Positions 49,852 through 54,930 of a DNA stretch of 54,930 nucleotides are shown here, in pieces. The DNA is taken from positions 1-54,930 of the IMG/VR virus record IMGVR_UViG_3300030207_004860. The stretch is one strand, 5' to 3'. Every line of letters starts with the position of its first letter. Within the stretch, counting starts at the first letter, position 1. This DNA comes from a virus (taxonomy: Duplodnaviria > Caudoviricetes). A program made the translations under genes and the position numbers. The notes under the pieces are model-generated. The model did no database searches. It was not told the DNA's origin and saw only the letters and a program-made list of their open reading frames with translations.

Positions 49852-49867
49852 CTCGTATGACAATTTG

Positions 49868-50107
49868 TCAGGTTTTATATGACAATGTGACATCGTACTG
49901 TTTCATCACTGTAGTCGCTGCCTTCCAGTATCCTTCCACACCATTATACCTACAGAGCCATCTAGTTAACGTCTCAGCAGCTACAGAAAACGTAGCACGG
50001 AACGAGTGCGTAAGGTATTTTAATAAATCTTGTATACTTTGTATTATCATATTTACGTATATATGGATATAAAGATATAGGTATTTACATACTTTACACA
50101 TCTTCAT
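49868..50107 (-). CDS. Hypothetical protein (doubtful start)
   Basis: Fills the gap on the coding strand; composition is weak. Confidence 0.35.
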   Translation of the reverse strand: MKMCKVCKYLYLYIHIYVNMIIQSIQDLLKYLTHSFRATFSVAAETLTRWLCRYNGVEGYWKAATTVMKQYDVTLSYKT

Positions 50108-50651
50108 CTAGTACTGTAGTGTCATCAAGATATGATTGTACTTTGTCCCAGTAGGGTTCTGTATACGTATAACTCATGCCTCTAGGACCTCCATTCCAGC
50201 ATCTGGCTATTTCCTCTGCATCTGTGAGTCCATAGTGACTAATGAATATCGAGAACATCTCTTTTGACTTATTAGGACACCATCTATCCTCCATACTATA
50301 CAGACTATTAATACCCCTTCTACCTAGTATTCTATTAACATCATTAACCATACACTGACGTATTTGAAGGATACCTACAGCATCCTCACTTGCATTATAA
50401 GCACTATCTCTAAAACTTGATTCTACAAAACATATTGCATCAAGTATCTCCTTTTTCCTGTAATGTATAGGATTATGTATATAGATTGTATCTGTTATAT
50501 AAATGGTATCTCTAATATATTCTATTCTATTAGGCTTGGTCTCAGTTTGCTTTGGTACTGTCCAAGTAGTTATAAGCATTACTAGGCATAGGCCAATAAC
50601 ACCTATTCCAAATAGTGTTAAGCTATCATTGTATTGTCTTTCTGTTTTCAT
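50094..50651 (-). CDS. Lysozyme-superfamily protein (lytic transglycosylase / i-type-like) with an N-terminal membrane anchor
   Basis: AI..VES, GILQI and ARCWNGGP.G, plus an N-terminal TM segment. ATG 50651 overlaps the upstream stop. Confidence 0.75.
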   Translation of the reverse strand: MKTERQYNDSLTLFGIGVIGLCLVMLITTWTVPKQTETKPNRIEYIRDTIYITDTIYIHNPIHYRKKEILDAICFVESSFRDSAYNASEDAVGILQIRQCMVNDVNRILGRRGINSLYSMEDRWCPNKSKEMFSIFISHYGLTDAEEIARCWNGGPRGMSYTYTEPYWDKVQSYLDDTTVLDEDV

Positions 50652-50830
50652 AATTCTGGATTTTTGGTTAATTTTTCCCATCCGTTGTCACCCGGATTTA
50701 CTATATCTTTTCCCCTATATACCTCACCTGTTTCACCATCAATAAGCGTCCATTTTCCGGGACATTTAGTATAGACCTTAAGTGTTACTGGTCTATCCAA
50801 TTCGGTATATTTACGGTTTCTGTATTTCAT
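50648..50830 (-). CDS. Hypothetical protein
   Basis: TKCP.KW.L.D.ETG.VY.G motif. Confidence 0.7.
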   Translation of the reverse strand: MKYRNRKYTELDRPVTLKVYTKCPGKWTLIDGETGEVYRGKDIVNPGDNGWEKLTKNPEL

Positions 50831-51074
50831 CTATTGCTTCCTTAAAACTACCTTCCATATCTGGATGATAATGCCAAATAGCATGTCCTGTTTCATCAAA
50901 TATATACCAATAAGGATATATACCTGGTTGTAGCTCTTTTGGTAGTTCATGTTTATATTTTACATCAAGCTGTATACTACTATTATTGCAAATCTCTTGT
51001 GTAGGTTCTAATACCTCATCACAAAACCCACAACCTTTCTTTTTTACAAGAAGTATTTTACTTATTTTTGCCAT
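50811..51074 (-). CDS. Thioredoxin/glutaredoxin-like protein
   Basis: CGFC after a beta strand, and a cis-Pro-like GIYP. Confidence 0.6.
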   Translation of the reverse strand: MAKISKILLVKKKGCGFCDEVLEPTQEICNNSSIQLDVKYKHELPKELQPGIYPYWYIFDETGHAIWHYHPDMEGSFKEAIDEIQKP

Positions 51075-51270
51075 GTCTTTTTAATTCTTTTACGAATGCA
51101 TACATTATTATTATGAGGCATAGTGGCCAAAGGAATATCATTATTAAATGGTGAACCCATCCAAACTCATCTAGAGTTTGTGGTGGATTTTTGTATTCCT
51201 TTGATAACTTGCTCCATGCATATGTACATGTTAAACCAAATATCGCGCCTATTAAAATGTAGATAGCCAT
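51058..51270 (-). CDS. Small two-TM membrane protein
   Basis: Two hydrophobic helices, including FLWP. Confidence 0.7.
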   Translation of the reverse strand: MAIYILIGAIFGLTCTYAWSKLSKEYKNPPQTLDEFGWVHHLIMIFLWPLCLIIIMYAFVKELKRHGKNK

Positions 51271-51275
51271 CGCGC

Positions 51276-51347
51276 TTAAAAGTTTGGATCGTCTGGATGC
51301 ACCTCGTCAATAATATGGTCCTTCCAAAATTTAGTTATTCTTTCCAT
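51276..51347 (-). CDS. Very small peptide (23 aa)
   Basis: MERITKFWKDHIIDEVHPDDPNF*; fills the gap between its neighbours. Confidence 0.4.
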   Translation of the reverse strand: MERITKFWKDHIIDEVHPDDPNF

Positions 51348-52032
51348 AATTTTCTTGTATAAATTTTTTAATGTCATCATTGCTGATCTCTGTATCATTA
51401 ATGTTAATTTCGCCTTCATTTAACTGTATACTATTAATAGTATCCAAATTTGTTGGTAAGCCATCTTCATCTACCTCAACACCTTCTATCATATCCTTTT
51501 TCCTCATATCATCCATTGCATTTGCATTTTTCTGATATTTATGCCTTCCCCATAAATTCCCATATTGGTTGTAATAACAATTGTAGCATACCAATTCTAA
51601 ATTTGTTCTTTCATAGTTTTCTGGATTGCCATCAATTTGGCCTAATATTAATGGTGCTGTTCCATCCGATATTCTTTTTTCCTCATATCCACATTGTTGG
51701 CATTTTTCATCTAATAGACCCGCCGTTATCATACGATGTTGTAATTTCCTTAATGAATACCTACCCGCGCTTCCGGAAAAGATTTCCTCCAATGACCAGA
51801 CCTTGCCGCCATTTTTCTTGCCCCTTGATGCATATTTTGGTATACCTCTACCAAACTCATTGAGATGCATCTCAAATAAACTTTTGTTTGTTTCAGAATC
51901 TATATATTGTTTTGCCCACTTTTTATAGGTAGGATATGACACCTTACAATACCTAGCAGCCTGTATATTGGACTTGGTATATTGCATAGCCTCTCTAATC
52001 TGTGATTCCAATATGATTATTCTTCTTGCCAT
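51331..52032 (-). CDS. HTH plus degenerate HNH-domain protein
   Basis: SN.QAARYC.VSY.TY.KW (HTH) and CQQC...LGQIDG...NLELVCYNC. Confidence 0.7.
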   Translation of the reverse strand: MARRIIILESQIREAMQYTKSNIQAARYCKVSYPTYKKWAKQYIDSETNKSLFEMHLNEFGRGIPKYASRGKKNGGKVWSLEEIFSGSAGRYSLRKLQHRMITAGLLDEKCQQCGYEEKRISDGTAPLILGQIDGNPENYERTNLELVCYNCYYNQYGNLWGRHKYQKNANAMDDMRKKDMIEGVEVDEDGLPTNLDTINSIQLNEGEININDTEISNDDIKKFIQENYGKNN

Positions 52033-52043
52033 AAACCTTTATT

Positions 52044-52550
52044 AAAGTGTACTGAGTATAACACTATTTACTTAATTGTAATTGTTTTTGGTTTTGCCTC
52101 TTCAGCAACTGGTATTGTAATACTTAACAATCCATTTTCCATAGTAGCACTAATTGCATTAGTATCATACTTTGGAGCAATTTTCCATCCCATGTTAAAG
52201 CTTTTTCTTGTTATACCTCTATGGATATATTGTCCAGCATCTTCATCTGATGGATTTGTTTCGATAGTTGGCTTTTCATAGATAACCCGTAAAGTATTAT
52301 CAGCAATATCAAGCTTAATATCATTTTTATTTAATCCAACACAAGCTATATCAAAATGTAGTCCTGCCTCGTTAACCTTAATATCAACTGGATATTGTGG
52401 TTTTACCTCAGCAAAAGACTGAAATTCAGATGTTGTGTCAAAAAAGTTTTTGAAAAATAGGTCTGTCGGAAACAGACGTTCATGTAAAAATAGATTTCCC
52501 ATATTTAATCTCCTTAGATAATTTTAATTTGTGCCTACTCAGTACACTTT
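52044..52550. repeat. Perfect 15-bp inverted repeat flanking the Hsp20 gene
   Basis: AAAGTGTACTGAGTA at 52044-52058 and TACTCAGTACACTTT at 52536-52550. Confidence 0.92.
52068..52502 (-). CDS. Small heat-shock protein (Hsp20/IbpA family)
   Basis: YPVDI, IACVG, YIHRGI..KSF, A.MENGLLSI.IP and terminal ITI. Confidence 0.95.
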   Translation of the reverse strand: MGNLFLHERLFPTDLFFKNFFDTTSEFQSFAEVKPQYPVDIKVNEAGLHFDIACVGLNKNDIKLDIADNTLRVIYEKPTIETNPSDEDAGQYIHRGITRKSFNMGWKIAPKYDTNAISATMENGLLSITIPVAEEAKPKTITIK

Positions 52551-52565
52551 GTTATAACCTTTAAT

Positions 52566-52573
52566 ATAAATAT
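52566..52573 (-). promoter_or_regulatory. Putative late promoter ATATTTAT for hsp20
   Basis: Upstream of the 5' inverted-repeat arm and the SD. Confidence 0.65.
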
Positions 52574-52575
52574 CA

Positions 52576-52878
52576 TTATGCTGTATTTCTTATTTCGTTA
52601 ATATCAGAAATATGGTCCTCAATATCCCTATTCCTGTTATATTGTTCAACAAGGAATTTATTTCTTTCGTCATTGTCAATAATCATTGCTTCTTCATCCT
52701 TAAAATATTCATCAATTGCATCATTTGAATCATCAAGCAATTTGAAAAATTCATCCTTATTAATTGTTATCTGATAATAATCAGGCCAATTACCACCAAT
52801 CTTTTCCCTGCAATTATACCATTTTGTTATATTGCCACTTTCAATATCATTTTTATGTATCCAAATGTTAATCTTCAT
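52576..52878 (-). CDS. Hypothetical protein
   Basis: 100-aa ORF. Confidence 0.7.
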   Translation of the reverse strand: MKINIWIHKNDIESGNITKWYNCREKIGGNWPDYYQITINKDEFFKLLDDSNDAIDEYFKDEEAMIIDNDERNKFLVEQYNRNRDIEDHISDINEIRNTA

Positions 52879-53176
52879 AATTATTCTTTTTATGCTTTTT
52901 TTTTCTATTATACTTCGTTTTATCTGGGATAGTTTGCTGTGTCAATTTTTTACCTATATGATGTGCTGCCTCACCTGATGACCAACCACCATTAAAATCC
53001 TCTTTTTTCATATTCTTTTTTACTCTTTCCAAGGCATATGACCACCTATCTCTTGTGTCCTTATATCTATGTTTTTCCTGGCCATCCATCTTTTTTAATT
53101 GTGCTTCAAATTGTTTTTTAATACCAAGTTCCTCAACCTCGTAATGTATATCCCACCATAAATCTTCCCAAGACAT
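52868..53176 (-). CDS. Hypothetical protein
   Basis: 102-aa ORF with a basic YNRKKKHK tail. Confidence 0.7.
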   Translation of the reverse strand: MSWEDLWWDIHYEVEELGIKKQFEAQLKKMDGQEKHRYKDTRDRWSYALERVKKNMKKEDFNGGWSSGEAAHHIGKKLTQQTIPDKTKYNRKKKHKKNNYED

Positions 53177-53189
53177 AGTTATACCCCTA

Positions 53190-53597
53190 TTAATCCATTA
53201 ATTGTTCATACAAATCATGTTTCCATTCCTCATGATTAAATATCACACCTTCTGCCAACTTTTTAACCTTTGGCTTATTTTTTGGAATATTTTTTGTATT
53301 ACCAACAGCATTGGCAATATCTCTGTGTGTTCCTTTGATATTTCTGCTTTCTGTTTGTAACCAATGATTTGTAATGAATGCATTTTTCCATGCACCCCAA
53401 ATTGTATCTGATAACCTTAAGTCTTCATATTGTTTTGGCATAAGATTATTTCCATCAACATCACCTAAATAGTATTGTCCATTTGGTGCACGCCTTGTTA
53501 TGGCATTTTTATATCTTTTAAGTCTCCTAACAGCCTTCTTTACATGTTGAAAGTTTTCTCTGTTTTGTTGAGTCCAATCTATTTTCATTTTTGCCAT
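53190..53597 (-). CDS. Hypothetical protein
   Basis: 135-aa ORF. Confidence 0.7.
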   Translation of the reverse strand: MAKMKIDWTQQNRENFQHVKKAVRRLKRYKNAITRRAPNGQYYLGDVDGNNLMPKQYEDLRLSDTIWGAWKNAFITNHWLQTESRNIKGTHRDIANAVGNTKNIPKNKPKVKKLAEGVIFNHEEWKHDLYEQLMD

Positions 53598-53598
53598 A

Positions 53599-53688
53599 TC
53601 AATATCTTTTTTTATTTATTATTCTATAAGCATTTGCATTTGCTTTTTTAACTTCTCTTTTTACCTTTATACTTCTGAATGTACTCAT
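53599..53688 (-). CDS. Small basic peptide (29 aa)
   Basis: MSTFRSIKVKREVKKANANAYRIINKKRY*, with an ATGA overlap with the upstream stop. Confidence 0.45.
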   Translation of the reverse strand: MSTFRSIKVKREVKKANANAYRIINKKRY

Positions 53689-54080
53689 TTATTCTTACCT
53701 CTTTCCAAATAACTTTGCCACCATCCAGCAAATAAAAACATTGCTGAAAAACTACCAAACATATACAATATGAACCAAGGTGTATATGCTACATCATGAT
53801 GTAATATAACTGGTGTTGCCATAATAGCCATCCAGACAATAAAGAATATAAATGGATTCTTTTCCATTTTCTTTTCTATTTTTACAGTCCTTTCAATATT
53901 CATCAACCTTGAAAGTGCATCTTGCATATCCTTACCGTATGCAGGTTGTTTATGGATTGTACCATCCACCTCAGCGATTGTTACCAAATACTTACAATAT
54001 CCTTTGTGAGTTTTTGACTTTTCCAGGAGTTCACAATCAATAGCTCTCCTTCTTTCATATTTACTTTTTTTCATATTCAT
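53685..54080 (-). CDS. Membrane protein with two C-terminal TM helices
   Basis: PAYGKDMQDAL followed by two hydrophobic helices. Confidence 0.7.
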   Translation of the reverse strand: MNMKKSKYERRRAIDCELLEKSKTHKGYCKYLVTIAEVDGTIHKQPAYGKDMQDALSRLMNIERTVKIEKKMEKNPFIFFIVWMAIMATPVILHHDVAYTPWFILYMFGSFSAMFLFAGWWQSYLERGKNK

Positions 54081-54081
54081 T

Positions 54082-54930
54082 TTATTTATCTAAAAACATT
54101 TGATTAAGAGTTTTTGCAAGTGGTATAAGTTGTGAAACATTTACAGATTCAGCATCCTTACCATACATTTTTTTGAAATTATCAGCATTACCATCAATCA
54201 TGTAACTAAGTATTTTGATACCTTTTGACCTCATGTTATCAACCTGTTCCTTTGTATGTTTTTGAGCCCAAACACCGTAGTAGTCCTGACCTTGACCACA
54301 AAAGTATGGTTCACCATCACTGAAGTTTATAAAGTATGAATCAATATTATTGCTACCTTCAACAATTTCATTTTGAATAGCCTCAAAACATAGTCCTTCA
54401 GGCGTTGTACCATTACATGCAATGTATTTGAATATATTTCTGATTTTTGAAATTTTATCCTTTGTTGAATCATAAGCCATAAGGATACAAGGACAATATT
54501 TATTTCCAACATTTGTTGTAGTTCTGTATGAAATAGTAACATTAAGGCCTTGAATCATTGATGCCGCCTTTGCGATTGCAACTGCAGCAATTGTTGCCTT
54601 TTCAAACCTATTGCCATGCATAGAACCAGAAGCATCAATTGATAAATGAACATAGGCATCATTGTACCTAGTAACAAATGTTTGTTCAAATACATTTTCA
54701 TTACCAAAACCTAATGAAGCAATTAACCTTTTGTCAATTTTACCTTTATTAAGCCTAGAATTTTTAAGTGAACTTGATTCGTTTCGTACCTGAAGTTTTC
54801 TACCAAGCATAGTACCAAGGCTTAGACCTTTGTCAATTGCAACTTGATTTGTTTCGTTTTGGCTTTCCCAATAATTAAATATATTATCGTAAGCATTTGA
54901 ATCAATTAGTGATTTATTGAAGTTTTTAAT
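54082..54930 (-). CDS. vWA-domain protein (CobT/NorD-like partner of the AAA+ ATPase), 5'-partial
   Basis: G.ID.R, MIDAS DASGSM, GTT and SDGEP. The frame stays open to the window edge, beyond the 54810 start in the track. Confidence 0.88.
   Translation of the reverse strand: MKNFNKSLIDSNAYDNIFNYWESQNETNQVAIDKGLSLGTMLGRKLQVRNESSSLKNSRLNKGKIDKRLIASLGFGNENVFEQTFVTRYNDAYVHLSIDASGSMHGNRFEKATIAAVAIAKAASMIQGLNVTISYRTTTNVGNKYCPCILMAYDSTKDKISKIRNIFKYIACNGTTPEGLCFEAIQNEIVEGSNNIDSYFINFSDGEPYFCGQGQDYYGVWAQKHTKEQVDNMRSKGIKILSYMIDGNADNFKKMYGKDAESVNVSQLIPLAKTLNQMFLDK

Noticed and set aside
45493-49870. CRISPR mini-array or tRNA genes in the AT-rich intergenic gaps
   Set aside because: The repeats are only 10-12 bp with no regular spacers, and I saw no cloverleaf or T-loop signature by eye. 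tRNAscan-SE would be the decisive check.
16336-50681. Longest-ORF starts in the track at 19503, 35651, 35997, 37098, 48247, 48603 and 50681
   Set aside because: They overlap upstream genes or promoter motifs. Downstream ATGs (19476, 35642, 35982, 37053, 48133, 48495, 50651) fit the coupling and motif positions better.
1237-54043. All plus-strand ORFs in the track (e.g. 1868-2326, 10755-11375, 43566-44192)
   Set aside because: Nearly all lie antisense to motif-bearing minus-strand genes, have Phe/Ser/Ile-biased shadow composition and show no recognisable motifs.
23175-54542. Nested minus-strand ORFs 23175-23399, 44510-44746 and 54327-54542
   Set aside because: They are alternate-frame overlaps inside well-supported genes and have no motifs or initiation signals.
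1-54930. Stop-codon reassignment, as seen in some large Bacteroidota phages
   Set aside because: Genes are full length in the standard code. TAA, TAG (e.g. 31754, 46659) and TGA (e.g. 11913, 16336) all end genes at natural boundaries.

Overview
This 54.9-kb window is AT-rich and gene-dense. Every credible gene is on the minus strand and reads in the standard genetic code. It is a segment of a large, lytic, contractile-tailed (T4-like myovirus architecture) phage. The host is probably a Bacteroidota member, inferred from Bacteroidota-type -33/-7 promoter geometry and a DUF4494-like gene. In transcription order (right to left) it contains four regions. (1) An early/accessory region: vWA protein, MoxR/CbbQ-type AAA+ ATPase, Hsp20, degenerate HNH, thioredoxin-like protein, lysozyme-like protein, dCMP deaminase, 5'(3')-deoxyribonucleotidase, ATP-dependent DNA ligase and many small ORFs. 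(2) A block with ClpP, an HD hydrolase and a gp55-like late sigma factor. (3) A baseplate/tail block (hub/spike, gp25, gp6/J, LamG-containing wedge, tail-collar-like proteins), then PhoH, T7-type endonuclease I, primase and an Mre11-Rad50 fusion. (4) Tail fibres with an embedded SET-domain gene, followed by putative internal head proteins. The most notable observations are these: a 749-aa nucleotidyltransferase plus ligase-fold protein punctuated by prohead-protease-like (L/I)xE sites, which may be a virion-packaged polyprotein; two promoter classes tied to three translation-initiation modes (no SD, strong SD, leaderless); a perfect 15-bp inverted repeat enclosing the Hsp20 gene; pervasive [ST]-[GA]-S motifs in virion proteins; DnaA-box-like pairs upstream of two early promoters; and a small gene with an ATA start that the ORF track missed. 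All calls come from reading motifs by eye; no database searches were run.
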